From the NCBI GenBank assembly GCA_963717525.1, contig OY970343.1:1536001-1600000 (forward strand): DNA of 64,000 bases, written 5' to 3'. The position numbers and the translations under genes are program-made. Every line of letters begins with the position of its first letter. The stretch's first letter is position 1. The notes under the pieces are model-generated. The model searched no databases and was not told the DNA's origin. It saw nothing but the letters and a program-made list of their open reading frames with translations. This document shows positions 30,112 through 40,664 of this stretch, in pieces. The DNA is from an uncultured Methanoregulaceae archaeon. Its GTDB lineage: Archaea; Halobacteriota; Methanomicrobia; Methanomicrobiales; Methanospirillaceae.

Positions 30112-30636
30112 TCAGCCCCTCTGTACCATGTATATGCCGTCCTGGAAAACCCTCGGGTCCCGGTAACGGATATGGGTTGCGTGCTCGATATTTGCCGCGG
30201 TATTTCCTACCAGTTCGCGGTCGATGCCGGTCAATACGACCTCGTCGTTTGCCACCTTGGCGGTAACACCATCGGCGATGTCGGCGTACCGGGCCTTCTT
30301 CTCGCCCAGGAAATTGGCAATCTCAAGCCGCTTTCCCTGAAGCTTGAGCTGGATCGGGAAGTGGCTGTAGACGACCTTCATGCGGTATTCGAATCCTTCC
30401 GTGACGCCTCTGCACATGTTCTTTGCGTGCGCTTCAAACGTCCCGACCATCGCATTGATCTCCTTGCGGTCGGATTCAGTGGCAATGGTAATCTCCTTGC
30501 CGTCACAGGTCACGCTGACCTGCGGGAACCGGACGCTCCTGACCAGCTGGCCCTTGGGACCGGTCACTGAGAGCTGCGTTCCCTCAAGCTTGATCTTGAC
30601 GCCTTCGGGAATCCTGACTTTTCTTATGCTTGCCAT
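30112..30636 (-). CDS. rpl6: 50S ribosomal protein uL6
   Basis: YSHFP, NFLGEK, DPRVFQDGIY. Confidence 0.97.
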   Translation of the reverse strand: MASIRKVRIPEGVKIKLEGTQLSVTGPKGQLVRSVRFPQVSVTCDGKEITIATESDRKEINAMVGTFEAHAKNMCRGVTEGFEYRMKVVYSHFPIQLKLQGKRLEIANFLGEKKARYADIADGVTAKVANDEVVLTGIDRELVGNTAANIEHATHIRYRDPRVFQDGIYMVQRG

Positions 30637-30646
30637 GATTCCACCT

Positions 30647-31039
30647 CTAGTAGACGTACCCGAGCAGTTCGCCGCCGATGCCTTCCTTGCGTGCCTGCAC
30701 ATGCGACATAACGCCGTGCGAGGTGGAAAGGATCATAAGCCCGAAGTTCTTGCCGGGCAGGTACTGCTTCTCCCAATATTCCATCTCATCCAGCTGGACC
30801 GAGAAACGCGGTGAGATTGCCCCGCATTTGTTGATCTTGCCGGTGAGATGCACCTTGAGCTGGCCGCCGCGGCCATCCTCAATAAACTCGAAACCGCCGA
30901 TATAACCGGCGTCCTGCATGATGCGCAGCATTGCGCCGAGGAGTTTGCTTGCGGGTTCGATGATAACCTCAGCCTTGCCGGTGTCACCTGCGTTCTTTAA
31001 CGCACTCATCCCGTCTGCAATGGTATTTAATCGTGTCAT
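30647..31039 (-). CDS. rps8: 30S ribosomal protein uS8
   Basis: [27 protein letters not shown]. Confidence 0.97.
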   Translation of the reverse strand: MTRLNTIADGMSALKNAGDTGKAEVIIEPASKLLGAMLRIMQDAGYIGGFEFIEDGRGGQLKVHLTGKINKCGAISPRFSVQLDEMEYWEKQYLPGKNFGLMILSTSHGVMSHVQARKEGIGGELLGYVY

Positions 31040-31053
31040 GGTGCAGTCACTCC

Positions 31054-31209
31054 TCAGTTCATTTTCTTAAAGCCCATTTTATGTGCCCACTCACGAAAGC
31101 ACTGCCGGCAGAACATGATGTGGTACCGGCGGACAAGCCCCTGCTTGCGCCCGCACATCTTGCACTCGTTTGCACCGCGACCGTAGATCTTCTTCCTTTC
31201 GCCACCCAT
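31054..31209 (-). CDS. rps14: 30S ribosomal protein uS14 (Zn-binding), 51 aa
   Basis: Translated by hand: [51 protein letters not shown]. Confidence 0.96.
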   Translation of the reverse strand: MGGERKKIYGRGANECKMCGRKQGLVRRYHIMFCRQCFREWAHKMGFKKMN

Positions 31210-31715
31210 CAGCGCACCTCCACCGAGTATTCTTTCTTGAGGAACGCAATTGCATCCTCCTTTTTCACGCGCTGCTTTTCGGGAAGCTTCTTCTGCTGCA
31301 TTCTCCGGCGGGTGATCCTGATGCCGTTCCTCTCGAGCACAACGTTAACATCCATCCCGAAAATCCCGATCTGAGGATCGTAGGACATCCCGGGGAAGTC
31401 CGTGTGCTCTTCAATGCCAAACGAGAAGTTCCCGCTCTTGTCGAACTGGCTTTCAAAAACCGTCTTGTTCACGATGGCAAGAGCAGTCCTGATAAAGTCC
31501 TGTGCCGGTTTTCCCCGGAGCGTAACCTTGCACCCGATCGGGGCGCCTTTCCTGATGGAGAACGCCGGTTGCGTCATCTTAGCGACGCTGCGGATCGGGG
31601 TCTGTTTGGTGATCGTCTTCATGATATTCTCGGCCTTGACGAGTTTTTCGCCACTCTCGCCAACGCCCATGTGTACGACGACCTTATCGATGTGGACATC
31701 ACGCATTGCCGTCAC
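31209..31715 (-). CDS. rpl5: 50S ribosomal protein uL5
   Basis: [30 protein letters not shown]. Confidence 0.97.
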   Translation of the reverse strand: MTAMRDVHIDKVVVHMGVGESGEKLVKAENIMKTITKQTPIRSVAKMTQPAFSIRKGAPIGCKVTLRGKPAQDFIRTALAIVNKTVFESQFDKSGNFSFGIEEHTDFPGMSYDPQIGIFGMDVNVVLERNGIRITRRRMQQKKLPEKQRVKKEDAIAFLKKEYSVEVR

Positions 31716-32437
31716 TGGTCAAGCCCCCAGCTGGTTTTTGAGACGGTCTCTTTTCCGATCATGTAGACATAGGGGGAAACCGTGTCAAACCGTTCCTTGG
31801 ACGCCTCGTCCTCAAGGATGACCTTGTTCGGGACACTGCCCGGCGTCTTGATGATCTCGATGATCCGTGCCACCTTACCGGAGTGCCGGCCACCGATGAT
31901 CGTTGCCATGTTGCCGGCGGCGAACGGGTAGTGCTCAAGGACCTTGAACCGGTCCTCGGGCTTGAGGGAGATGACGATGGAGTCGTTTGACTTGTAGGAG
32001 TTGTCCGCGATGATGTTAGCGCCGTACCTGAGATTCAGCTGGACTTTGCCACCGGCGATAGTCGTCTTGTTCTGGATCTTGCAGAGCCTCTTCTGGGCTG
32101 CATCTGCATCGATCTCGACAGTCTTGTGCCGGCCTTTGAGGTCCCGGAGCATCCGGTAGTACTTGCCGATACGGGGAAGAGCGATCACATCGAAGATGCC
32201 GATACCCATCTTGGGGTCCCGGCAGGGTCTGCCGTTGATGACGACATCCTTCTGCTTGAGGATCTGCTTGACTTCCTTCATGGTGCGGGCAAGGCCCTGC
32301 TGATCACGGAGCCAGACAGCAACCGGCATTGCGTTTGCATTGTGCGGGCCGGGCGCCGTCTTTGCAACAAACTTCGTGGTCTTCTTGGTGATGTGCCACG
32401 AATCCGGCGCGTTGAGCCTTTTCAAGTGATCTGACAT
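31712..32437 (-). CDS. rps4e: 30S ribosomal protein eS4
   Basis: [21 protein letters not shown]. Confidence 0.97.
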   Translation of the reverse strand: MSDHLKRLNAPDSWHITKKTTKFVAKTAPGPHNANAMPVAVWLRDQQGLARTMKEVKQILKQKDVVINGRPCRDPKMGIGIFDVIALPRIGKYYRMLRDLKGRHKTVEIDADAAQKRLCKIQNKTTIAGGKVQLNLRYGANIIADNSYKSNDSIVISLKPEDRFKVLEHYPFAAGNMATIIGGRHSGKVARIIEIIKTPGSVPNKVILEDEASKERFDTVSPYVYMIGKETVSKTSWGLDQ

Positions 32438-32802
32438 TATTCTTTCTCCCCGAGTTTTTCGACGCGGCGCTTGTCATCGAGCTTGAGCCTGGTGATCTCA
32501 ACCTTGGATGGATCGACCGGGCGCGGAACTTCGGTGCCGTCAACCTTGGTGGACGAGACACCGTGGACGATGATCTTCAGGTTACGGGTGTCGATATCGT
32601 CGACGAGTCCTTCCTCGCCGACGTGGTCGCCACGGGTAACCTTGACGGTATCGCCTTTGATAACGCGCACGGTCTTCTTCGCATATTGTTCTTTGAGCGT
32701 TGCCGAGAGCGGCGCGTTGAGAAACTTGGACTTCATGTGTGAAGGTGCGTCATACCGCGCCTTTCTCTGCTTGCGCGGCTGTGAACTTTTAATTCTGACC
32801 AT
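32437..32802 (-). CDS. rpl24: 50S ribosomal protein uL24
   Basis: SSQPRKQRK, KGDTVKVTRG KOW motif. Confidence 0.96.
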   Translation of the reverse strand: MVRIKSSQPRKQRKARYDAPSHMKSKFLNAPLSATLKEQYAKKTVRVIKGDTVKVTRGDHVGEEGLVDDIDTRNLKIIVHGVSSTKVDGTEVPRPVDPSKVEITRLKLDDKRRVEKLGEKE

Positions 32803-32813
32803 GTCCCGCCACC

Positions 32814-33212
32814 TCACACAATGATTGTCGCCATGGAGCCGAGCTTCGGGTACCGCTCTGCCACTTCACGGGCGACCGGTCCCTTGATCTCGGTTCCTTT
32901 TGGCTCGTTCTTTTCATCGACAACAACGACCGCGTTGTCGTCAAAGGAGACGCGGATGCCATTGGGGCGGCGCATCTCTTTTTTCTGGCGGATGACCACG
33001 GCCCGGACCAGCTTCTTGCGCATGTCGGGCGTGCCCTTCTTCACGGTCACCGTCGCGATGTCGCCAAGGCCCATCTTGGGCTGGCGCCGGCGCACTCCAT
33101 GGTAGCCGAAGACCGAGACGATCTGCACAACACGTGCGCCGGTGTTATCGGCACAGGTCAGCTTGGTTCCCGTCGCAAGCGCCCTCGGCGTCTTGGACTG
33201 CTTTGCCTTCAT
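32814..33212 (-). CDS. rpl14: 50S ribosomal protein uL14
   Basis: [23 protein letters not shown]. Confidence 0.97.
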   Translation of the reverse strand: MKAKQSKTPRALATGTKLTCADNTGARVVQIVSVFGYHGVRRRQPKMGLGDIATVTVKKGTPDMRKKLVRAVVIRQKKEMRRPNGIRVSFDDNAVVVVDEKNEPKGTEIKGPVAREVAERYPKLGSMATIIV

Positions 33213-33535
33213 GGCTGCTGCACCTCGACGACGACGTATGTCGTGCTCTTCGATAACGGTCTGCACTCAGCGATCTTCACGAGATCCCCCACCTTTGCCT
33301 GGATGCAGGGCGGGTTGTGGGCGTGAAGTTTCGAGATGCGCTTCTCGTACCGGTTGTATTTCCGGACGTAGTGCAGGTAATCCCGGGCAACTACGACCGT
33401 TCCCATCATCTTGTCGCTCACGACTTTACCGGTGATCACCTGGCCGCGCACCGGTAAAGTGCCATGGAACGGACAATTAACGTCCTTGCACTCCTGTTTT
33501 GGAGCCTGGACGTTCAATCCAATGTTTTGTGCCAT
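33209..33535 (-). CDS. rps17: 30S ribosomal protein uS17
   Basis: [21 protein letters not shown]. Confidence 0.97.
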   Translation of the reverse strand: MAQNIGLNVQAPKQECKDVNCPFHGTLPVRGQVITGKVVSDKMMGTVVVARDYLHYVRKYNRYEKRISKLHAHNPPCIQAKVGDLVKIAECRPLSKSTTYVVVEVQQP

Positions 33536-33554
33536 TATGGTATCCTCTTTTTTT

Positions 33555-33821
33555 TTATGCTCGCCTGAGCCTCTTTTCCGGAGCCAGTATCAGTGCGGAA
33601 CCATGAATCTCAACAAGGGTGTTGTCAGGAAGACAGAGCCGGAATATGGTCCCAGATTTTGGGACCTTCTTTATTCCGGCGAGTGTCTGGATGACAACAA
33701 GATTCCTTGTCTCATCGATGATGTGTCCGCTTACCCCCGCATGAAACGGGTTTGTGGCCCCGGCTACCAGAACGTCAAGACCGATCAGTTCGTGCCTCGT
33801 GACGTTCTGGCAGGAGATCAT
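33555..33821 (-). CDS. rnp1: Ribonuclease P protein component 1 (Rpp29)
   Basis: HELIGL, G.IIDETRN, PEKRL; conserved operon position. Confidence 0.92.
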   Translation of the reverse strand: MISCQNVTRHELIGLDVLVAGATNPFHAGVSGHIIDETRNLVVIQTLAGIKKVPKSGTIFRLCLPDNTLVEIHGSALILAPEKRLRRA

Positions 33822-34021
33822 ACGCGGCTCCTGCGGTTCTTCTCGGTCATCAGGCGGGCGATGGTGCGACGGAGTTCCCGGATGTGCCCGGGGTTCTCGG
33901 TTGCGCCACCGGCACTGACCTTTCCGTAGTGCTGGACGAGCTCCATCCGGAGTTTTTCCATCTGTTCCTGAAGTTCGACATCAGTGAGCTGCCCGACATC
34001 GTGTGCCCGTAAGATTGCCAT
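33818..34021 (-). CDS. rpl29: 50S ribosomal protein uL29
   Basis: ENPGHIRELRRTIARLMT. Confidence 0.96.
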   Translation of the reverse strand: MAILRAHDVGQLTDVELQEQMEKLRMELVQHYGKVSAGGATENPGHIRELRRTIARLMTEKNRRSRV

Positions 34022-34024
34022 TTA

Positions 34025-34720
34025 TTACACCTCTTCGTCGATATTTGCATCAGGAAGGGCAGGCTCGTCGAGAGCGATGTCGCCGATAGCGGTAACCGTT
34101 GCCTTCGGTGCCGGGTGCTTCTTTACCTGTTCGATGATCGCAAAGTGGTCGGGCATCTTTGCATCCGCGGGCACAATCTTGACCTGCACACCGATCACAC
34201 CGAGTTTCTTGATGGCTATCGCATAACCTTTCTCAACGATGGTGTTGCTCGGTTCCCCGCAGTGCTTGATGTAGCCCTCGGTGAACTTCTGGGTACGGGC
34301 ACGTGCACCGGTCAGCTTGCCGGCGATAACGACCTCACACCCGAGGGCACCGGAGTCCATGACCCGGCGCATGATACTGGAACCTGCCTTGCGGAAGTAC
34401 CAGCCGCGCTCGAGAGCGTTTGCCAGCCGTTCCGCCATGATCTGGGCATTGAAACTGGGGTTCTGTACCTGCTGGACCTCAATCTGCGGAGACTCGACTC
34501 CGTAGTTCTGGGCAAGGTCCTGGGTCAGCTGGTGGACAAGTTTTCCGCCCTTTCCGATGACGATCCCCGGCTTTTCCGCAAAGATGGTGACCTGCGTCCC
34601 AAGAGGTGTGCGTGCGATGTCCATGCCGCCGAACCCTGCGCGTTTGAGCTCCTTTGTCAGGTATTTCTCGACGCGGGCCTTCCTGACACCTTCTGAAATA
34701 AATTTCCTTTCGACAGCCAT
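34025..34720 (-). CDS. rps3: 30S ribosomal protein uS3
   Basis: KPGIVIGKGG KH motif, GALGCEVVIAGKL. Confidence 0.97.
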   Translation of the reverse strand: MAVERKFISEGVRKARVEKYLTKELKRAGFGGMDIARTPLGTQVTIFAEKPGIVIGKGGKLVHQLTQDLAQNYGVESPQIEVQQVQNPSFNAQIMAERLANALERGWYFRKAGSSIMRRVMDSGALGCEVVIAGKLTGARARTQKFTEGYIKHCGEPSNTIVEKGYAIAIKKLGVIGVQVKIVPADAKMPDHFAIIEQVKKHPAPKATVTAIGDIALDEPALPDANIDEEV

Positions 34721-34721
34721 G

Positions 34722-35186
34722 TTATGCCACCTCTCGTACCACAATCTCGATGTTTACGGTTTCGCGGACCTTGGGGGATGCACGGCCCATTGCCCGCGGG
34801 AAAAACGCCTTCTGGGCGCGCCCGCGGTTGGCTGAGACATGGATGATCTCTAGGTTTTCGGTGTCAAGCCCGGTATATTCCGCGTTCTTCTTGATCGATT
34901 CGAGGATCCTGATATAAGCCTTTGACGCCTTGACCGGGTACCTGCCCGCATCCCAGTTGCCGGGGAGACCACGCTTGTGTGCGACGTTCCGGTTAAAGTG
35001 CCGGAACGGGATCGCTTTCTTGAGCGCAACGACATCGGCAAGGTAGTCGAGAGCATCATTGACGCGCTGGTGCCGGATGAAACCGGCGATCTCGATCGAG
35101 TGCTTGGGAGAGACAGAAAGCTCGTTTGCTTTGCCTCTGGCGATGTTGTCGCCTTCAATCTTCTTTGAATATGCAATGCGTGCCAT
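34722..35186 (-). CDS. rpl22: 50S ribosomal protein uL22
   Basis: [19 protein letters not shown]. Confidence 0.97.
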   Translation of the reverse strand: MARIAYSKKIEGDNIARGKANELSVSPKHSIEIAGFIRHQRVNDALDYLADVVALKKAIPFRHFNRNVAHKRGLPGNWDAGRYPVKASKAYIRILESIKKNAEYTGLDTENLEIIHVSANRGRAQKAFFPRAMGRASPKVRETVNIEIVVREVA

Positions 35187-35191
35187 TTCCA

Positions 35192-35611
35192 TCACTTCAG
35201 CGGTACGTACTTACTGCCCCTTGTTGCACCGATACCGGCGGAACCGTGGGAGACCTTCTTTCTGGTGAGTGCAAATTCTCCAAGGTAGTGGAAGACGGAC
35301 TCGGGCTGGAACTCAACTTTCATGAATTCCTTGCCGTTGTAGATCTCGATGCTCTTTCCAATCATCTCGGGCATGACTATCATATCACGAACATGGGTCC
35401 TGATCTTCTCGTCCCCGCCCCGGATCTTTGCAAGCAATGTCTCTTCGCCGCGGTTGAGCCCGCGGTTGAATTTGCGGCGTGCACGGGCTGGCATCAGGGG
35501 GATGAGTTCGCTCAGCCCCATGGCCTTGAGCTCGTCGATCTTATACCCGCGGTAGGTGAACTCTTCACGCCGTCTGGGCATTCTCTTCTGTGTCTTTTTT
35601 GGTGCTGCCAT
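35192..35611 (-). CDS. rps19: 30S ribosomal protein uS19
   Basis: [32 protein letters not shown]. Confidence 0.97.
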   Translation of the reverse strand: MAAPKKTQKRMPRRREEFTYRGYKIDELKAMGLSELIPLMPARARRKFNRGLNRGEETLLAKIRGGDEKIRTHVRDMIVMPEMIGKSIEIYNGKEFMKVEFQPESVFHYLGEFALTRKKVSHGSAGIGATRGSKYVPLK

Positions 35612-35616
35612 ACCGT

Positions 35617-36332
35617 TCACTTCCTGCTCTTACCTGTCTGGCGTGCTGCCACGGATCCAACAGTCCTTCCCGGAGAAGTACCCGGGCAATGGTCTTGGGG
35701 CGACCCGTGTGCTGGTGGCCACCGCCACCGAACGGGTGATCGATGACGTTCATCGCGACACCACGGACACGCGGCCAGTTGGACGCGGTGTTCGCCATCT
35801 TGTGGTACTTGTTACCGGCTTTTACAAACGGCTTCTCGACACGCCCGCCACCGGCGACAATGCCGATGGTAGCACGGCAGCGTGCGTTGAACCACTTGGT
35901 CTTGCCGCTGGGCATCCTGACACCGACGCGTTCCCCAATCTTATCAACAACAACTGCCTGTACCCCGGTGGCACGGACGAACTTGCCGCCGTCATTGGGG
36001 CGTGATTCGATGTTGCAGATGTAGGACCCGGTCGGGATGCTCTGGAGCGGGAGTGTGTTCCCGTTCTTGACTTCGACGTCGTTCCCCCATGCTACGGTCT
36101 CACCAATACCCATTCCTTCGGTGACCAGCATGTAGACCTTTGATTTATCTTCGAGCTGCACAAGAGCAATCGGGGCGTTTCTCGCCGGATCGTGCTCGAT
36201 GTCGATGATCAGGCCGCTGATCTTCTTTGTTCCGTCCCCGACATGCTTCAACTCAGCCTTGTACCGGTGGGATGGGGCGCGATAGGTCGGGCCTCCCCTG
36301 CCCCGGTTCTGTGTAGTAATTCTATGTCCCAT
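35617..36332 (-). CDS. rpl2: 50S ribosomal protein uL2; 1-nt deletion near 35682
   Basis: WPRVRGVAMN..DHPFGGG; C-terminus GTSPGRTVGSVAARQTGKSRK is restored by adding one base. Confidence 0.96.
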
Positions 36333-36342
36333 GTTCCCCACC

Positions 36343-36594
36343 TTACATAATGCCGAGCCGGCTCAGGATTTCCTCGGCGGCTTTATCGTTCTCGAAACTC
36401 ACAATGGCCTTTTTCTCACCGTGCATGGACATGATCGTGCGGACGCGCTTTACCTTCTGGTCAAATGCCTTCTCAATCTCGCGCTTGATGTCATGCTTGG
36501 TCGCTTTCTGGTCGACAATGAACTGGAGTTTGTTCTCGTTTTCCAGGAGCACCATGGCTTTTTCTGTGACAAACGGGTGTTTTAAGGTAGACAT
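36343..36594 (-). CDS. rpl23: 50S ribosomal protein uL23
   Basis: HPFVTEKAM, NKLQFIV, GEKKAIV. Confidence 0.96.
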   Translation of the reverse strand: MSTLKHPFVTEKAMVLLENENKLQFIVDQKATKHDIKREIEKAFDQKVKRVRTIMSMHGEKKAIVSFENDKAAEEILSRLGIM

Positions 36595-37341
36595 TTACCT
36601 TCCCTCCAGTCGTATGACGGCACTTTCGGTCCAGACGGTCAGGCGGCCTGCCTGCATGCCCGGGGCGAGGTGCTCGACGTTGAGCTGGTCAACGGTCACC
36701 ACATCCACACCGGCAAGGTTGCGTGCGGCGCGGAACTCGGGGCCCGAGGTAACAATGAGCAGGCTCTTTCTCTGCTTATACCTGCGGCCACGGAGCTTGC
36801 CCCTGCCTGCGCGGACCTTGCGGCTGTCTTTTGCACGCTCGACATCGCTATAAACACCGATGCTTGTCAGTGCGGAGATGACATCCTGCGTCCGTCCGAG
36901 GGTTTCAAACTTATCCTCGAAGATCAGGGGGACGTTGCCATCAAAGGTGTGTCCCCGGCTGCTTATGAGGTCGGCGCGGATGCTTGCTGCAACCGCAGAG
37001 CGGAATGCCTTCTGCTTCTCTTTCTGGTTGATCTCTTTAATCAGTACCTTCGCGGTGACCGGAGGGTGTGCCTCACGTCCGCCTTTTGCCTGCGGGACCT
37101 TTGCTGCACGGGAACCGTTCTTGAGACGGGGTACATGCGATGCGCCCCGGCCGCTTCCCCAGCCTACCGCGGAGGAACAGATGCCGGCAAACGGGTATGA
37201 GCCGTGCGGCTGCCGCCGGGTGCTCTGGAGTGCCATCACTGCCTTCTTGATCAGGTCCGGGCGGTACTCTTCGGAGAACATGGCCGGGAGTTCGATATCC
37301 TTTGCCACTCCGCCTTCAATTGTCTTAACCTGCGCTTTCAT
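36595..37341 (-). CDS. rpl4: 50S ribosomal protein uL4
   Basis: WGSGRG, GGREAHPP, RAGRGKLRGRRY, LAPG...GRLTVWT. Confidence 0.97.
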   Translation of the reverse strand: MKAQVKTIEGGVAKDIELPAMFSEEYRPDLIKKAVMALQSTRRQPHGSYPFAGICSSAVGWGSGRGASHVPRLKNGSRAAKVPQAKGGREAHPPVTAKVLIKEINQKEKQKAFRSAVAASIRADLISSRGHTFDGNVPLIFEDKFETLGRTQDVISALTSIGVYSDVERAKDSRKVRAGRGKLRGRRYKQRKSLLIVTSGPEFRAARNLAGVDVVTVDQLNVEHLAPGMQAGRLTVWTESAVIRLEGR

Positions 37342-37347
37342 CTCTGA

Positions 37348-38361
37348 TCACCCCTGCTTGCTCTGGACGCTCACAAACTGGATCGCGGGCGAGCGAATAA
37401 CATGTTCTCCCTGGCGGATTGCCGGGCGGATACGGATAAGGCGTTTTGCCGGGCCCGGGATGGACCCCTTGATAACAACGTACGCGTTCCTGAGAACACC
37501 GTAGTTAAGGAATCCCCCTGCCGGTGTGATCTCCGCACCGTTCTCACCGATCTTTAAAATGCGCTTGTTGAACTCGGTGCGCTGCTGGTAGCCCATCTGG
37601 CCGCTCTGCGGGACTTGCCACCGCACATGGTGGGGGTTCCATGGCCCGAGCGTACCAACGTGACGCTCTTTCCCACCGACAGCGTGTTTCCTCTTTCGGA
37701 GAGCGATTCCCCAGCGCTTGACCGGTCCCCGCGTACCTTTACCGATGGTGATTGCAGTAATATCGGCATACGCACCGGTCTCGATCACATTGTTGAGCCG
37801 GATCTCTTTTCCGAGCACCCCTAGGGCAAACTCGTACTGCTTTGCAACATCCCCGCCGGCGATCTTGATCTCCATGATATCGGGTACCTTCTTTGGCACA
37901 CCGGTCATGGTTGCCGGCTGTGTGTACGCAACCGCGTAGATCTCTGCCACCAGGTTTGCGGCAAGGGCGTCTGCACATTTCTTCTTTGCCGCTGTACTGT
38001 CATAGTTCTTGGGCACGGTGACCCTGCGGGAGAGCTGGCTGTCCATCGGTTCTGCCCAGATCTCCGTGAACGCATGTCTGCCGTAGGTGTCCTGCGAATA
38101 TGCCCGGATGGCTGCAACTTTCATGGTCGGGATCTCTATGATCGTTACCGGGACCATAATCTCCTTGCCTTCTGTCGGGCTGTCTTTGTGGTCATCGACC
38201 ATGAGAACATGCGTCATCCCCACTTTATAACCGGCAAAGCCAAGCAACGCGGGTGCACCGGTGTGCTCTGGCCATGACTTGTATTTGGGTATGGGGCTCT
38301 GTGCACGTTTTCGTGGGCTGAATGCCAGTGAGCCTCGGCGTGGTCTGTTTATCTTTGGCAT
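37348..38361 (-). CDS. rpl3: 50S ribosomal protein uL3
   Basis: [35 protein letters not shown]. Confidence 0.97.
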   Translation of the reverse strand: MPKINRPRRGSLAFSPRKRAQSPIPKYKSWPEHTGAPALLGFAGYKVGMTHVLMVDDHKDSPTEGKEIMVPVTIIEIPTMKVAAIRAYSQDTYGRHAFTEIWAEPMDSQLSRRVTVPKNYDSTAAKKKCADALAANLVAEIYAVAYTQPATMTGVPKKVPDIMEIKIAGGDVAKQYEFALGVLGKEIRLNNVIETGAYADITAITIGKGTRGPVKRWGIALRKRKHAVGGKERHVGTLGPWNPHHVRWQVPQSGQMGYQQRTEFNKRILKIGENGAEITPAGGFLNYGVLRNAYVVIKGSIPGPAKRLIRIRPAIRQGEHVIRSPAIQFVSVQSKQG

Positions 38362-38379
38362 GTGTCAATCAATCCTTTT

Positions 38380-38895
38380 CATTCGTGTTTTTTTGGTTTT
38401 TTAATGGACACGAACTCTTGAGATGAATCCGAGACTGGAGTGATATCACTTGCCTGTCCGGTAAGCCAACACGCGATCCGGCACCATCGAACAGGGCCCG
38501 GATACTACCCGCATTTCGCGAATAGTATCTGTTCCGCCCTTTGTACCGGTTGCCCCGGAAACCGGGCAGCGTGGATAAAGATATCCCGCCACCCGGTGAA
38601 TTTCCGGTGTTTCTTTTTCTCGCGAAAGAAGACCCTGACATTGACGTATCTCCTGATTTTTTTATCAGGAGAACAGGCTCGTTATGAGAAACGTCCACCT
38701 GTACGTCACGGTCAGATCCAACTCTGTCAGCCCGTTGTGACGAATCACAACTCCTTCTCGGGATCCTCCGCATGGATGCGGAGGTCACCAATCGGGGAAA
38801 TACCCACGGCAGCATCATGCCCTGTGTCAATTCTGGCCTGATTCCGCCGGTGCCGTACCTTCTTTGCAGGAAGGCAGGGCAGGGATACCCCCATA
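38380..38895 (-). ncRNA. Putative long structured 5' leader or ncRNA upstream of rpl3
   Basis: Many hairpins with UUCG and GNRA loops and G-U pairs that work only on the minus strand; TATA-like elements at about 38904-38933. Confidence 0.55.
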
Positions 38896-39015
38896 TCGGC
38901 TTCCTTAAATATTGATTAAAAGGGCATATATATGTATGCCAGTGTTCCGGGGAACCAATCGTCCCGCAACAGCCTGGCGTTCATGAGGACTCACCCGTAC
39001 ACAAACACCGTGCAT

Positions 39016-39420
39016 CTATCCGAAATAGATCTCCCCTTCATCAGTGATATAGATCTGCACATCCTCGCAGATACACCGGGCCTTGTATGACTGGGGGCGC
39101 GCTTCCCTGAGACGGTTGATAAGAGAGATTGTATCGTATTTCACCTTGATCTTGGCTTTTTCAGCCTCAGCGAAGATCATGCCCGGGACCTCAAACAGAT
39201 CGGTTCCGGACGGGATTGTGCAGAGATGCGTGGCATCAAGAGTATACAAAAATTCAAGCGTCTCTTTTGCCCGCCGGATATTTTCCATTGCAGACTTTTC
39301 AATCGTGCAGACATTGGCTTTTGAGGTGCTGATGATGTCCGCGATCTGCTGCTGGGTCATTCCCTGTTTCCGGTACCGGAGTACTTCCATCTGCCTGTCG
39401 GTGAGAAGACCATCTTTCAT
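39016..39420 (-). CDS. Tfx family DNA-binding protein
   Basis: LTDRQMEVLRYRKQGMTQQQIADIISTSKANVCTIEKSAMENIRRAKETL. Confidence 0.9.
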   Translation of the reverse strand: MKDGLLTDRQMEVLRYRKQGMTQQQIADIISTSKANVCTIEKSAMENIRRAKETLEFLYTLDATHLCTIPSGTDLFEVPGMIFAEAEKAKIKVKYDTISLINRLREARPQSYKARCICEDVQIYITDEGEIYFG

Positions 39421-39768
39421 AACTATCCATTCCATTCCGGGAACTTAAACACTTTTCGTTAACATAGTACCCGCTGCGAAGATCAATCGGGACCTCATTT
39501 GTAATTATAACTTGAAAATATACCTCGAAAATTGTTATTTCACCGGGAAGCTCCCGGCTTTGAACAGGAGAAATCAACAATGAAGAGAAGAAGGCACCCT
39601 TTTTTTGCCCTGGATTTTCCGGCCTGGACCAAGGTTAAAGGAGGGGGCCAAATGTTGCAGGTGCAATAAACAAAGAAACCGCTTATCCGGGGTAAAAAGT
39701 GATTTCAAAATCTTTATAAGAACACCGGGTCATAATGTGCTATAAAACAAAATAGAGGTGAAATTTCA

Positions 39769-40611
39769 ATGGTTGTTAAAGTAGGTGTTGCCAAGTTAGG
39801 CAATATTGCAAGTGGTGTAATGGCAGAACTGCTTCTTGACGAGAGAGCAGACCGTGAAGACATGCAGACATTCATGGCGACCAGCGGTACAAAACTCGAG
39901 CCGGCAGATGTTGACCGTGTGGTTTCCAACCTGAAGGCATACAAACCGGACTTTTGTATCGTGGTCTCCCCCAACGGGGTTCTCCCCGGCCCGACAGGTG
40001 CCCGCGAACAGCTCGCTGCAGCAGGTATCCCGACAATCATCATCACTGATGATGTAACCACGAAGAAGGAGTGGGAAGGCGTCAAGGCTGACACCAAGTT
40101 CGGCTATATCATCATGAAGGCAGACTCTATGATCGGTGCACGCCGGGAATTCCTCGACCCCGTCGAGATGGCTGACTACAACGGCAACCTCGTCAAAGTC
40201 CTGGCACTCACCGGTGCATTCCGCAAACTCCAGATCGCCCTCGATAAGGTCATCGACCAGGTCAAGGCCGGCAAGAAGGGCACAGAAATCGAGCTCCCCA
40301 AGATCATCATGACCACCGACAAGGCGGTCGACGGCGAGTTCACCAACCCCTACGCCCTTGCAAAGGCACGGGCTGCCCATGAGATCGCCATGGCTGTTGC
40401 AGGCCAGAATGTTAAGGGTTGCTTCATGACCAAGGAATGGGAGAAATACATCCCGATCGTTGCAAGCGCTCATGAGATGATGAGGTGCGCCGCAGATCTC
40501 TGCGACCAGGCCCGCGAGCTCGAGAAGGGTGGCGACAGCATCCTGCGCCAGCCCCACAAGAAGGATGGAATGCTCGTTCGCAAGAACAAACTCGTTGCAA
40601 AATTCGAGTAA
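39769..40611 (+). CDS. mtd: F420-dependent methylene-H4MPT dehydrogenase
   Basis: [31 protein letters not shown]. Confidence 0.97.
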   Translation: MVVKVGVAKLGNIASGVMAELLLDERADREDMQTFMATSGTKLEPADVDRVVSNLKAYKPDFCIVVSPNGVLPGPTGAREQLAAAGIPTIIITDDVTTKKEWEGVKADTKFGYIIMKADSMIGARREFLDPVEMADYNGNLVKVLALTGAFRKLQIALDKVIDQVKAGKKGTEIELPKIIMTTDKAVDGEFTNPYALAKARAAHEIAMAVAGQNVKGCFMTKEWEKYIPIVASAHEMMRCAADLCDQARELEKGGDSILRQPHKKDGMLVRKNKLVAKFE

Positions 40612-40664
40612 ATTTATTCACTTTTTTTTTCTTTTTTACTACACTTCGTAATCCTTGACAGGAG

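Noticed and set aside
29394..30266. 290-aa Phe/Ala-rich plus-strand ORF resembling a membrane protein
   Set aside because: Antisense shadow of the Lys/Ala codons in rpl32e
23638..34021. Absence of SUI1, eL34 and eL14 from the superoperon and displacement of cbf5
   Set aside because: To my knowledge a common arrangement in Methanomicrobia, so not unusual
38369..38841. ORFs 38369..38830 and 38440..38841 as proteins
   Set aside because: No recognisable motif, atypical composition, and they overlap a region better explained by RNA structure
38380..38895. RNase P RNA or SRP RNA
   Set aside because: The conserved P4 (GAGGAAAxTCC) and SRP helix-8 motifs were not found by eye on either strand
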